From Mytilus edulis (taxonomy: Eukaryota), in the NCBI RefSeq assembly GCF_963676685.1, contig NC_092344.1, positions 46,128,001 to 46,192,000 on the forward strand: a stretch of DNA of 64,000 nt. The letters run 5' to 3'. The translations under genes and the position numbers were made by a program. The notes under the pieces are model-generated. The model worked only from the letters and a program-made list of their open reading frames with translations, ran no database searches and was not told the origin of the DNA. Positions 1 through 22,965 of the stretch are shown here, piece by piece. The stretch's first letter is position 1. Each line of letters begins with the position of its first letter.

Positions 1-181
1 TTGCCTCCAATGTTGCCATCTGTTTTAGCATAAATACTCTGTGATCCTCAGATCCTTTGATTTTCGAATGTCTCCTTCTCTTACAATTTTCACACAGAGT
101 AATATCACAGTTTATGCATTTCCATGCAGTTCTTTCAATGGAAAAGTCACAAAATTCACAAACAGCCAGATTTTGGGCCAT
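1..181 (-). CDS. 5' part of a B-box TRIM-like gene, paralogue of 4814-6457 (runs off the window start)
   Basis: ATG at 181 gives MAQNLAVCEFCDFSIERTAWKCINCDITLCENCKRRRHSKIKGSEDHRVF..., closely similar to the N-terminus of the 547-aa ORF; the upstream flanks (tgttaattttctaatcaaa / tgttggttttctaatcaaa) are also similar. Confidence 0.85.
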   Translation of the reverse strand, partial: MAQNLAVCEFCDFSIERTAWKCINCDITLCENCKRRRHSKIKGSEDHRVFMLKQMATLEA

Positions 182-1024
182 TTTGAAATGTTAATTTTCT
201 AATCAAATTTAAAATTATATATATATAACTTCCCTATCAACTGTCTTGTTATGTACACGTGACGTTTTATAAAAATAGACATTAACTGCCAAAATTATCA
301 ATATTTTTTCTTCGATTTTTAGATATGAGCAAAGGCCTACACACAAAGATATTTTGCTGTAAGATTGTAGTTGGCAATAAAAGTTCTAAACCATAATAAA
401 TACTGTATAATAAATCCTAAGACTTTTATTACTTTCTTACGAAAAGAATAGCAAAAAACTAAAAGATACATAGATTTATTCTTTATATCTTTCTAAAGTA
501 GTATAATAAATAATTTAAAATATTTTTACATTCTAATTACTACTCCCTGGATATTTAATTTATATCAGGTAAAAGTCATATTGTACTAAGTTTACAGAAT
601 ATTTTATGACTGTTTTGCTTTGACTCAATTTGAAAGTTTATAAAAGTTTGGTACAATAAAATATACATAGTAATGAAGTTCGCCAGCTTCCATTCATTTG
701 TTAGTATATTCCAATACCCCCTGATTATGACTATCAGTAGTGGTTTAGCTGTCTCTGCTATTGATTTTGTAATGTTCAATTTGCTACTTATTGTACTGAG
801 TTGTAGAGTGTAAGCAAGTTTTAAATCTCGTTCTGCTGTGCAGCCACTTCATGTTTGCGGATAAGATGTTCTTCAAGTGGTTCCCTTTCAGAAGCATATC
901 CAATGATCCGATCCAACAAATTGTCAAAAAGGCCCCCATTAAAAACAATCGCATTTTTAAGTGCTGAGTATGAAGAAAACAGAGATATCATAGTTAAAGA
1001 TAAATTACTACTGCACGTAAATTA

Positions 1025-1296
1025 AGACTTTGGTTAGCTTGTTTGCTTATTTTGTATAAATGTTTGTTCAAGCATTGTAATAAATATTGATATATGATAA
1101 CAAATTAACAATATAACTAGGCGGAGTTAGACCTGTATATGTTTGAATTTGATTATTAATTAATGCCAAATCAAATCTAAATATAATGTATACAGGTTTA
1201 ACTCCGTCTTTTTATATTATTTACATATGGTAATCCTAATTACAATACTTGAGCAAACGTTTATACAAACAAACCAAGCAAGTCACGCAAAGTCTG
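1025..1296. repeat. Degenerate ~270-bp fold-back (old MITE-like palindrome)
   Basis: Arms such as ggcggagttagacctgtata / tatacaggtttaactccgtc and ttgtataaatgtttgttcaag / cttgagcaaacgtttatacaa, centred on attaattaat near 1158. Confidence 0.6.
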
Positions 1297-2399
1297 TTTC
1301 TTCATGCATTAGGAAATTAGCTCTAAAAAGTTCACTGTTCCTATTTGAACAAAACTACTAGACTAATTATTTTATACACCAGACCCAAGTTTTCTTCTAC
1401 GCAAAGTTCAGTAGTAGCACACAAATCAGAACTGTTGGAATGACAAAATGATAAATTGCACAGCATCAAAAACCAAAAATTCAAAAATGGTGTGTCTTGC
1501 CTTAGGTTATATGTTAAACATTACACCTAAAAAGTATAATCAAGTTTTTAATCTTTGTAGATTTTAACTTGCATGAATTGTTCATTTGCTCATGTCTTGT
1601 GTGTGGTCCTTCTTCATTGAGTGAAATTGAACTATGATGCAAATGTTAGCTTGTACTGATTATTGAAAGCAACAAAAAGGAGTCATGATCATGACATTGT
1701 AATAAATTTGCCACAATTAATTGCCTGTTCTAATCTGGTATCTAGACCATATAGTGTATGTTTTTGGTTGTCAGCATGTGTAAAGTATTTTATCGGAAAA
1801 TTCAATTGATAATATTTGTTGTCTGTTAAACTGTGTTATTTTGGTGGTTCCTACTATCACATTTGAGACATCATAAAAGAAAAATATCAACATAATTCAA
1901 AATGTTTGATATGAATTAGGGTAGTTTTGGACTTTAGATTTGGATAGGCACATGAAATTGGCACAGCTAAATTAGTATTACCAGTACTAAATTAATCCTT
2001 CCCTTTGTCAGATAAATCACATAAAGGATCGAAAGTACAATAAAAAAAAGAGTTCAAAAAAGCCCCCAATCATATGAAAATTAAAATAGACAACAAAAAT
2101 TATAGGTACACATAAATATATCCTTGATTTTATTGTTCGAAAGCCTGATTGATATTTGATAGCTAATGTCCAGTGGCAAATAGGTGATGCATGTTCAGAA
2201 TGCCTGTATCAAGGAGAACATTTTATATTCCCAGAGTAATTACTAGTACCTAAAACAAGGTCATATTATTACTGGCGACCTTTGCATCGTTAATAATGAA
2301 TAACTAAGAGAGTAATTAGCCAAGGGACTAAAAATGTTGAATTCATCAGCTCATGAACGGTAAAAAGAACTTTATGTTACTGATGGGTGCAGTTTTTAG

Positions 2400-4140
2400 G
2401 TTATAATAATTCTTATTTTGTGAGAACCACACTGATTCTATCAGAAAATACAGTGAAGATGATATTATCAAAATGCTGCACGTTTTAATCGAATAGATTT
2501 GTTGAGTTTTGAGGATTGATATTTAAGCAGACAGTCGTAATTCCAATGGTAATAATTGCGCACTCCTTCTGATCGATTTGTTTTCGTACTCTTATAAGGC
2601 AGAATTTATCCAAAACCTTTTAAAAGACAAAATGAAAAGCACCATGCACAGTTCTTTAATCTTACTTTCAGATATATTGATGATGTCCTATCACTGAATA
2701 ATCCATATTTCAGTCAATACTTGCATCTCATATATTCTGAACTTGAAATTAAGGATACTACTAATACAAGAAAGACTGCTTCAGGTATTTCACATCCAAT
2801 TTTTTATGGAAATATTCTTTATAAAGCACAAAGGTGTCAGTATTCACCTCAAAAACTAACAAAACCTTTGAATAGACTTATTAAGAAGGGATAAAGTTAC
2901 GATACTGTTGTCAGGTCATTAAAGATTGCATATTTTGACGTTAATATTGATTCACTTATAGGGTCTTTTCATCGGAACTAAACACATTTATTAAAAAACC
3001 AGATGTTGGCATGACACGGGTTATGTTCTTCTCATATATGTTATGATGGTATGATACTAAACCCCTAACGGGAAGGATTGTGCCTGATGTTCATATGATG
3101 AAATCATAATCTTTCAGTCAGTTTAATTGAAGTCTGGAGCTGGCATGTCAGTTAACTGCTAGTAGTCTGTTGTTATTTAGGTATTATTGTCATTTTGTTT
3201 ATTTTCTTTGGTTACATCTTCTGACATCAGACTCGGACTTCTCTTGAACTGAATTTTAATGTGCGTATTGTTATGCGTTTACTTTTCTACATTGGCTAGA
3301 GGTATAGGGGAGGGTTGAGATCTCACAAACATGTTTAACCCCGCCGCATTTTTGCGCCTGTCCCAAGTCAGGAGCCTCTGGCCTTTGTTAGTCTTGTATT
3401 ATTTTAATTTTAGTTTCTTGTGTACAATTTGGAAATTAGTATGGCGTTCATTATCACTGAACTAGTATATATTTGTTTAGGGACCAGTTGAACGACGCCT
3501 CCGGGTGCGGGAATTTCTCGCTACATTAAAGACCTGTTGGTGACCTTCTGCTGTTGTTTTTTTCTATGGTCGGGTTGTTGTCTCTTTGGCACATTCCCCA
3601 TTTCCATTCTCAATTTTATTCATATCTTTTTTTCCTCAATATTGACACAACTGAACGACTTCACACAAAAATCTATCACAAACGGAGTGATTTTGACTTC
3701 CTAATTATTAATTTCCCATTTATCAGCAGTAACATATCCCGTGTTCCATCGTACAGTGTTTATATATCTCAATTGATACGTTATGCTCGTGCATGTTCAC
3801 ACTATACGGACTTCATATACAGGAGTGTGTTCCTTGTGAAAATAACTGGTAGAAGGAATCATTAAAAAGAAATCCATCACGAATTGGTTGATCTAAACGA
3901 TGCGTCTGTGACTTACTAACTTATGACATTTTTACCACGTCGTTATAGGTTACCAACTATTTCGTCTATCTGCTAAGTACCGAACGTGACCTATTCCCGA
4001 ATATGACTGTTTTGCCGAATGTGATTTTCTAATGCGTCACTGTTTTTATGTCCTGTGTTGTCTGGTGTTAAACGTGCGTCGTCTTATGTAGACGAAATAC
4101 ACGTCTGGCGTATTAAATTATAAACCTGGTACCTTTGATA
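2400..4140 (+). mobile_element. Decayed Penelope-like retroelement RT remnant, interrupted by a second repeat at ~2784-3620
   Basis: Broken translation reads NC..LL.DLF...Y.AEFIQ, FRYIDDVLSLNNP, ELEIKDTT, then resumes LHTKIYHKRSDFDF.IINFPFISSNI..VPSYSVYISQLIRYARACS (ORF 3554-3865); many stops and frameshifts. Confidence 0.75.
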
Positions 4141-4813
4141 CCTATTACGGAAGATGTCCGTTGTTGTTCTGCGGTTTGTATGTTGTTTACTATATATTTT
4201 TTTATTGCGTTTCTCTGTATGAGAGTTCATGTATATGTTTGTGTTGTATTTTTGTCACGTAGTGTTGTGGTTTTAGAGACATTTTTAAACATTGCCTTAA
4301 AAGCGGGAGGTTTGGCCAGCCATAAAACCAGGTTCAACCCACCATTTATTTTTACAATGTCCTGTACCAAGTCAGCAATATGGCATTTGTGATCAAATAC
4401 TTCTTTTCTATGTATGTAGGCGTTTATTTTTGTTGCACTTCAGTGTTCCTGTTGTTCCTTTGTTTTCAACTGATATAGTTGATGTGTTACCCTAGGTTTT
4501 AATTTGTAACCAGGATTTGTTTTCTCTCAATCGATTAATGACTTTTCAAAGAACAGTGGTATACTACTGTTGCCTTAATTATTCATAATAATTAGTTGTG
4601 TTAGTATAAGATACAGGTTTTATGTCATAAAAAATGTTAACAGGTATACTTTCTCATTCCATGAATAAAAAAAAACGCATTATTTTTTCTCTGTACATGA
4701 AGCTATAAACTTTACCTCCTTGTAGTTCATAGTAATCTAACAAAAATGTGTCTACGCTAAAACGTTAAAATCCTCAAAAACATCCCCTGCCCACGAACAT
4801 GTAGTATACACCT

Positions 4814-6457
4814 TTATGAGGATATATCTGCCACATGTATTGTGCCATCTCTACACCATATTATCAATTGTCCTTCTTTATCTAAATGGAGAACTTCGGG
4901 ATCAATAATGCCATGTTCTTTACCATAGTTTTTAACAAAGTCACCATCTTGTGTAAGAACATGAATAGAATGTGTGCTCTCATCTGTCACATAAATGAGT
5001 CCAGATGTAGAAACTGCAATATCCATTGGTTCAAATTTGACAATTGAGTTAATGCTGCTATGTCCTTCATACGTCCATTTTGATTCAAATGTACTGCTCA
5101 GTCCTTGTACAACTTTAATTAAACTTAAACGTTGTGATATAATTATATAAGTATCATGTTCACTTGCAGCAATCTTGTCAACATGGTATTTTAATGTAGA
5201 TCTGTTCTTTATCAAACCCTGATTATTCAGCAATATAGCATCAGATGTTCCGAAATGTCCTGCATTACACCCTAATAGTATATTTCCTACAGCAGTTATG
5301 CAAATACAATTATTAGGCGAACTGAGAACCATGTCGGATAGAAAAAATATTTCAAATTTATTTATTTCTGAAAGAGAAAATATTCTATCCTGACATATAA
5401 ACAAAATTTGATTGTTTTCAATAACTTTCATGTCACAAGGCTTAAAATGCAAACTTATTTTGCATTCTACAACAAAGTTTAAACCCTTGATTTGAAAGTA
5501 CTCCAAAGAACTTTGTGAATCGGTACCAGTTGGACTTACTATTGATACATATTTACCATTACTAAAGCTTTCCAAGCATTTGATTGATTTCAGTGGAGTG
5601 TGAACACTTTGTTTTATTGTTAGTTTTGGCATTACCAATGATCCAAACCTAAGAGGCAAAACTGGAGCAATAAAATCAACTTGGGACTTTACTGTAACAT
5701 CTAATTCTTTAATATCCCTTGACGGCAATTCTTTTTTAATTGAAATAGCTATGTCGAAAACTGATTTTGCATCGTTCGATTGAAGAATTTGATCAGTAAG
5801 GCTTACGGTTTGCTTCAAGTAGTCAATATTTTTTTGTAAAGTTTCTTTTGTTTTGTTTAAAGCATCTATTTGAGGTTTTAACAGAATATCAAGTTTTTGA
5901 AATAGAACTCCTGATTCTCGAGAAGCTATTTCTTTCATATCTTTCTCTCTTTGAACTATCTTTTGCTTTGCTTTTTCGTAGATTTCAGCTTCTTCCTGAC
6001 GCTTTAATTCCGTATTCTTCAAGATTGCATTAAAAAATGATATATCATCTTTCATTTTACTTTTTAAATTGTTAAGTTCAGAAACTTGTTCATTATAAAC
6101 AGTCTCAAGTTTTGAAATTTTATGATCTTGATGTTTTCCTTCAAAAGCACAGAAAGTGCACAATTCCTTGGAACAACTAATACAATATGCAGTACATTTC
6201 TCGTCTTTATGCACCAAGCATATTATATTTGCCAGTTCTAACTTTCTAACACTATCTTTAGCCTTCAATGTTCCCAATTGATTTAATCTTATTATACAGT
6301 GTTCTTTGGATCCTTTGATTTTTGAATGTCTCTTTCTGTTACAATTTCCACACAGATTTATATCACAGTTTATGCACTTCAATGCCTCTAATTTTTGTAT
6401 TCCAGTTGTTTCAAGCATTGTATCACAAAACGCACAGAAAGCAAGCTTTTGGGCCAT
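4814..6457 (-). CDS. Intronless TRIM-like protein (two B-boxes, coiled coil, NHL-like beta-propeller C-terminus; no RING), 547 aa
   Basis: CAFC..CINC..LCGNC..RH..H B-box; CLVH..C..YCISCSKELCTFC..H..H B-box; heptad-rich middle; FEPMDIAVSTSGLIYVTD..HSIHVLTQDG NHL-like repeat. Confidence 0.88.
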   Translation of the reverse strand: MAQKLAFCAFCDTMLETTGIQKLEALKCINCDINLCGNCNRKRHSKIKGSKEHCIIRLNQLGTLKAKDSVRKLELANIICLVHKDEKCTAYCISCSKELCTFCAFEGKHQDHKISKLETVYNEQVSELNNLKSKMKDDISFFNAILKNTELKRQEEAEIYEKAKQKIVQREKDMKEIASRESGVLFQKLDILLKPQIDALNKTKETLQKNIDYLKQTVSLTDQILQSNDAKSVFDIAISIKKELPSRDIKELDVTVKSQVDFIAPVLPLRFGSLVMPKLTIKQSVHTPLKSIKCLESFSNGKYVSIVSPTGTDSQSSLEYFQIKGLNFVVECKISLHFKPCDMKVIENNQILFICQDRIFSLSEINKFEIFFLSDMVLSSPNNCICITAVGNILLGCNAGHFGTSDAILLNNQGLIKNRSTLKYHVDKIAASEHDTYIIISQRLSLIKVVQGLSSTFESKWTYEGHSSINSIVKFEPMDIAVSTSGLIYVTDESTHSIHVLTQDGDFVKNYGKEHGIIDPEVLHLDKEGQLIIWCRDGTIHVADISS

Positions 6458-6665
6458 CTTGAATTGTTGGTTTTCTAATCAAAAGTAAAAATAAAACTGC
6501 AACTTTTTTTATCTTTAGTCATGTTATATTCACATGACTCTAGATAGCAATAAAATTCATTTATTACTGATATAGTTTTATTTCAATATGACATATTTTT
6601 ATTGATGATAAGAGAGATAATAAGATATGAGAAACATGCTTACTAACTTGATAAAATGTAAATTT

Positions 6666-8712
6666 AAACCAGGTGCTCCGTAGGGCGCAGCTTTATACGA
6701 CCGCAGAGGTCGAACCCTGAACAGTTGGGGCAAGTATGGACAAAACATTCAAGCATGATACAGCTCTGAATTTGAAATGTGATCAAATTTTTGACATAAC
6801 ATGGATTTTTTGACACAGCATAGGTTTCTGACACAGAATGAATGTGGTCTAATGAACTTAAAATTTGTTTTGCCTTTGAGCAATTCACTATGCTGTTGAA
6901 TATTAATCCTCTCAAAAAAATGTTTGAAGAAATTTTCTTTTTATTTATGTAATCTGAAATGAGAAAAATTTAAACAAGCCCCCCCCCCCCCCCCCCCTCC
7001 CCCCACCATTTTTTTTCACATCCCCGTTTCCCTTTTTCCAAAACTGATATCAATTCAAATTTCTAATGGAGTTTGCAACAATAACTACTCTTTTAAATAC
7101 ATCATAAAATATTAAAATGTAAAATAAAGTGCTTGTTATCACTGAATGGTAAAGATTGGTTGGTAGTAAAAGTGAATATACATTGTTTATTGTATAAAAC
7201 AATAAAAAAACTTCATCAGCAACATTTTATATTGGCAAATTTCCAATGAAGTTATTTACATAAAGTTATTGGCAAATAAAAATAGAAAATGACATCATAG
7301 TCATGTCTGGCAAATGTCCAACATACATTATCCAAAAACATTTTTAAAAGATAAGATAAAGAAAAAAAGCTTCATCAACAACATTTTATATTGGCAAATT
7401 TCCAATGAAGTTATTTACATAAAGTTATTGGCAAATAAAAATAGAAAATGACATCATAGTCATGTCTGGCAAATTTCCAACATATATTATCAACTACTAT
7501 TCTATACAAAGAAAGATAACTCCAATTGAAAATTAATTGCTATTGCACAATATTGTGCAATTAGATATTTTTTGCTATTGTGCAATACTGTGCAATTGAA
7601 AATTTCTTGCTATTGCACAATACTTGATATGGAATCATGATTTGGACCAACTTGAAAACTGGGCCCATAATCAAAAATCAAAGTACATGTTTAGATAAAG
7701 CATATCAAATAACCCCAAGAATTTAATTCAATTTTTGTTAAAATCAAACTTAGTTTAATTTTGGACCCTTTGGACCTTAATGTAGACCAATTTGAAAACT
7801 GGACCAAAAATTAAGAATCTACATACACAGTTAGATTTGGCATATCAAAGAACCCATTTATTCAATTTTTGATGAAATCAAACAAAGTTTAATTTTGGAC
7901 CCCCATTTGGACCAACTTGAAAACTAGGCCAATAATTAAAAATCTAAGTACATTTTTAAATTCAGCATATCAAAGAACCCCAAGGATTCAATTTTTGTTA
8001 AAATCAAACTAAGTTTAATTTTGGACCCTTTGGACCTTAATGTAGACCAATTTGAAAACGGGACCAAAAATTAAGAATCTACATACATAGTTAGATTCGG
8101 CATATCAAAGAACCCCAATTATTCAATTTTTTATGAAATCACACAAAGTTCAATTTTGGACCCTTTGGGCCTCTTATTCCTAAACTGTTAGGACCAAAAC
8201 TCCCAAAATCCAACCCAACCTTCCTTTTATGGTCATAAACCTTGTGTTTAAATTTCTTAGATTTCTATTTACTTATACTAAAGTTATGGTGCAAAAACCA
8301 AAAATAATGCTTATTTGGGCCCCTTTTTGGCCCCTAATTCATAAACGGTTGTGACCTCAACTCCAAAAATCAATCTCAACCTTCCTGTTGTGGTCATAAA
8401 CCTTGTGTTTAAATTTCATTGATTTCTATTCACTTATACTAAAGTTATAGTCCGAAAACCAAGAAAATGCTTATTTGGGCCCTTTTTGGCCCCTAATTCC
8501 TAAAATGTTGGGACCAAAACTCCCAAAATCAATCCCAACATTCCTTTTGTGGTCATAAACCTTGTGTTAAAATTTCATTGATTTCTATTCACTTTTACTA
8601 AAGTTAGAGTGCGAAAACTAAAAGTATTCGGACGCCGACGACGCAGGACGACGACGCCAACGTGATAGCAATATACGACCAAAAAATTAAAATTTTTGCG
8701 GTCGTATAAAAA
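6666..8712 (-). mobile_element. Non-autonomous Helentron (HINE/DINE-1-like) with internal tandem-repeat core
   Basis: Sub-terminal tatacgaccgca near 6689 is inverted at 8698-8709; short terminal hairpin (ggtgctccgtagggcgcagc); (GAC)n microsatellite at 8630-8657; internal arrays of ~160 and ~243 bp period; T-rich ends. Confidence 0.75.
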
Positions 8713-9085
8713 TGAAGATGTGGTATGATTGCCAATGAGTCAACTCTCCACAAGAGACCAAAATAAACACAGAAATTAACAACTATAGGTCACTGTACAG
8801 CCTTCAACAAAAGCAAAGCCCATACCGCATAGTCAGCTATAAAAGGCCCAGAATGACAACGTAAAACAATACAAACAAGAAAACTAACCGCCTAATTTAT
8901 GTACAAAAATTGAACTAAAAACAAATATGTAACACAGAAACAAACGACAACCACTGAATTACAGGCTCCTGACTTGGGACAGGCACATACATACATATTG
9001 TTGCGGGGTTAAACATGTTAGCGGGATCCCCCCCCCCCCCCCCCTAACCTGGGACAGTGGTACAACAGTACAACATAAGAAAATA
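8712..9085 (+). repeat. Copy of an abundant interspersed repeat (gaagatgtggtatgattgccaatgag...); related copies at ~12660-12925(-), ~26080-27050(-), ~30660-30961(-), ~50370-50708(-), ~63405-63615(+)
   Basis: Shared blocks ataccacatct, ctataggtcac, cctgacttgggacaggc and ggccttcaac recur across the window. Confidence 0.8.
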
Positions 9086-10022
9086 AGTAGGGTTTTATTT
9101 TTAAGTGTTAATCTTGTCAATATGCAGTGGAAATTGGAATGATATGTAAATAAGCAGGCTTGAAAACACATTCAAACTTTAACATATAACCAAAAATAGT
9201 TTTGAAATAATTCAAAAATTTCTATATTTCTGTAATTTTTTTACAGCCATAAAATTCAATAATTCAAACTATCTTGTTTAAATATGAACTTTGATTAATT
9301 ATCTAATTTTTATCATGACATTGAACATTATACAATATTTGATTATACAGAAATGTATGTGGTCATAAATAATCCTTTCCATTCTCAGCCTTTTTAAATA
9401 GTTGCTCCATTTCCATTCACTTGCTTAGTCTTAAAATACATGTATTTGGTCCATCATTCTTTATCATGAAGATAAATGCATGGATGAATTTGTAACTTTG
9501 AAAATATCCCATTTTAACCATAATAAACCGGAGGCAGGTCATGGGTACAACATTCATTACAAATGAATATTAACATAGAGATATGTCTCATCTGCAAGTA
9601 ATTTCAATAATTCATGTATAATGATAATGTTGTAATGAAATAGCAATACTTGCATATGTTAAGTATAAAATACTGTAAATTAAGAAATTATTGTGTGCAT
9701 TTATCATTGTGATTGGTGAAGAATAGACTTTATACAAAATAAATTATTAGATTTCAGGAAATTCTGCAAACAGATGCATGTATCAGATATCAGAATGCAA
9801 GTTCTATACAATATTCAAGAACAATACCATGTCTGAAGATGCAAGGCCAAATAATTCATGTGGAAATGAAAACTACCAATGCTAGTACAACTGCATATCA
9901 GAAACTGAAATTTTCTGCTCTTGTGTACCCTACTTATTCAGTTCATTAGTAGATTGTACTTGTCCTTAATATGCATGAAATATTTGTCACTGGATGTTAA
10001 GCAAACTTCAATTAACCATATG

Positions 10023-10270
10023 TTGTAAATTCAGAAATTATTGCAAAGTTTTTATTATTGCAATGTTTTTATTATTGCGATGTTTTTATTAATGCGAAAA
10101 ATGCAACAGGGTAATAATCACAATAATCTAAACTTGAATTTTGAAATTTTCTAATTGAATTTCAATTATACAGGATTTTTCCAAATATTGCAAAAATAAA
10201 ATTTGCATTTTAGTCTTAATTAAAAGAATTGCAATAAAAAATGCATGCAATAAATTCTGAATTTACAGTC
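10023..10270. mobile_element. MITE with tgtaaattcagaaattattgc terminal inverted repeats; second copy at ~62376-62583
   Basis: tgtaaattcagaaattattgc ... gcaataaattctgaatttacag; the same ends occur in a KDM5 intron. Confidence 0.65.
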
Positions 10271-10660
10271 ATTCAATGTAAACTCAAGTCAATTTTAATT
10301 GTTGTTGGTGATTATATGTGAAATGAACCTTTGTATATTCCATGTGTAAAATATGAAAGGGTTGTAAATCAAGACTTATCACCTGCTATCCCCAGCAATG
10401 CCCAGTTTCACACTGTATTACTCAACATCAGCAGCAGTTGTCTTCACTAAATCAACTTATGCTTACTATATCTACCCTCTATTATTACTCCAATTGTTTG
10501 ATCTGAGTGGAGGCTTATAGATCTTATCAAACAAACCAAAAACAATTTTCAACAAACATTATCAGCACAGCTTAAACCTCTGGTTTATAAAACTGTGGCA
10601 ATGGCTTTGGCAAGACTACAATAAGTTCAAATATAAGCCACATCTAACAATAAGACAAAC

Positions 10661-11320
10661 AACAGGCTCTCAAGAGCCTGAATCGCTCACCTTGATTTTT
10701 TGGCATTTATCTTTTGTTTAAGAGTTTAAGTGTCAAATTTCATCATAGTTTGTTTTTTAAACAAATTGTGTAAAATTGTCCTTAATGGGCAATAACTCTT
10801 AAAGGGGTCAATTGGCAATTTTGGTCATATAAACTTATTTGTAGATCTTTTAAATGTGCTGAACATATTTGCTGTTTACAGTTTATCTTTATCTTTAATA
10901 CACCAAAAACTGCAAAATTTCCTTAAAATTACCAATTTAGTGGCAGCAACACAACAATGGGTTATTAGATTTATCTGAAAATTTCAGGGCTGATGGAATG
11001 TTACCTTATGAACACTTTAACCTAGTCAGATTTGCTCTAACTGCTTTGGTTTTTGAGATATGAGCCAAAACTTCATTTTACCCCTATGTTCTATTTTTAG
11101 CCATGGCGGCCATGTTTTTTTACGAAACAGAAAATAGAACACAAACTTTATTCTAGATACCCTAAGGATCATTTAACTTAAGTTTGGTTGGAATTGCTTT
11201 AGTAGTTTCAGAGGAGAAGATGTTTGAAATAGTTTACACCAGACGGACGACGAAGACGATAACGACGGACGACAAGTGATGGCTAAAGCTCACAGTTCCT
11301 TTCGGAACTGTGAGCTAAAA
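10661..11320 (-). mobile_element. Non-autonomous Helentron-like element
   Basis: Terminal hairpin caggctctcaagagcctg, (GAC)-rich microsatellite at 11241-11272, inverted repeat agctcacagttcc..ggaactgtgagct next to a T-run. Confidence 0.65.
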
Positions 11321-12278
11321 ATTTAAACAGTAAAAAAATATTTTCAGTGTTAATAAATTTTATTAAATATAAAGTTTTATACAAAACATACATTATGAAA
11401 CAATGGGCTTTCTATCTAAAAAAAATGTACTTTTGCAGAATTTCATAGGTACCATCTGACCTCTGTTATTTTCTATTTCAATACTAAAAGTATGTACAAG
11501 ATATGTACTACTGACAACCTTTCTTCAAATGTACATGGCAGAATAAAATCAAAATCTAGCCATTTACTATTCAAAATCATAATATCTATCTGTTCTAATA
11601 ATACATGGATAATATTTTAATGTAGTCAAACTAACATTTTACATATATGTATGTCTAAAACAAAGTTATTTATAGGGTAAATATTTACTCAATAAATTAA
11701 TTTACATTTAAAAAAAAAAAATGTCCTATACTTTCAAGTGATATAATTTTTTAGTTAAATCTTTCAAAAAAAATCTTTAAAAGAGAGGTGAAAGATACCA
11801 GAGGAACAGTCAAACTCAAAAATCGAAAAATCCTTTAGGTAGTAATGTTTTAAAACATCATTTTCTTTTATGCATTTTCATCTTTTTTTCTTTAATTCAA
11901 ATATCTCTACCTTTCCAGCTTGCTTGAGATTGTAAATGATAAATATAAGTATCACATGAAAAACATTTTTAGATTATTAAGCCCAGTTTAATTAATATCA
12001 CAGCTTTTTAAGTTACAAATTCTGACATGTTTCACAATTTTAACTGTCAGAAACATTCATCAAGATTGTGTTCCATTGTTTTTAAATCAGTCAGTCATTC
12101 ATTCATATTCATGTCAATTTTCATCATATTTAACCTTTGACCTGTCAAAGGAACAATCACTATACTAGATTTCATTTCATCAGATCTTGATCAGGTTTTT
12201 AATACAATTAAGTCCTGATTGTATTGTCTTCAGTACAAATGCAAACTTCAAATATAAATCCTCCATTTTTCCTTCTTC

Positions 12279-22129
<9,851 letters not shown>

Positions 22130-22527
22130 TTTCAAAATTACGAAAACCGTGTAAAGTGTTCATTTGATCATGGTACGGGCAACTTGTAGGTCTTTCAGAA
22201 AATTTATCAATAAAAGTTAATTTTAACACATGACAATATTGATTATTTCATGAATAGTTTTGATGACTATATTATAAATATTTTGGATCATTTATTATTG
22301 GCATGATTATGATATTTAAAAATACTACATGATGATGATGTCATTAAAGGGACACGTAAGGGAATATTTAGTTGAGAAGGGTTTGCTATTACTGACATTA
22401 CTTTCGCTTGATTAAAAATAATAATTAAATATCATATTTTTTTTTATTCAAAACCTTTTGTTGCTGTTGCTCATATAAACACTTAAACTTCTTATCTAAA
22501 AAAATTTTAAAAAAAACTCTATTGCGT

Positions 22528-22593
22528 CAAGGATTTGTATAGTCTCACTCTGAGACTACTATAGTAGTCTCAGTCTCACTATACAAATCCTTG
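22528..22593. mobile_element. 66-bp palindromic micro-MITE with P-element-like CAAGG ends
   Basis: CAAGGATTTGTATAGT...ACTATACAAATCCTTG with inner palindrome TGAGACTACTATAGTAGTCTCA; flanks attgcgt / gttgcgt (6 of 7 match, TSD-like). Confidence 0.6.
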
Positions 22594-22965
22594 GTTGCGT
22601 ACACATTGAAAATTTGAAAAAAATAAAAATATGGTGAATCTATTAAGAATAGAAGTGAAGTAATAAGATAAATTTAAAAGTAAAAAATACAAATATGATA
22701 ATAGTCACTTTGTAGCTATACTACATTCTGGAAACTTGTATACTCTTTTCATTTATGGAACCAGCATTGTATTTGTGTTGCCGATGTAATGACAGAATGG
22801 TCTTAGCTTTCAGTACCATGAGAAGACTTGAGAAATACAATTATAATCAAGCGATTGTCTGGCTTGGTCTTTTGAACATAAACCGTGAAAAAATAAAAAT
22901 TTCACCAGACACATTTTTTTTCAGTATAAGAAAGGAAAGGAAATGGTCCTTGATTTTTATAATTA

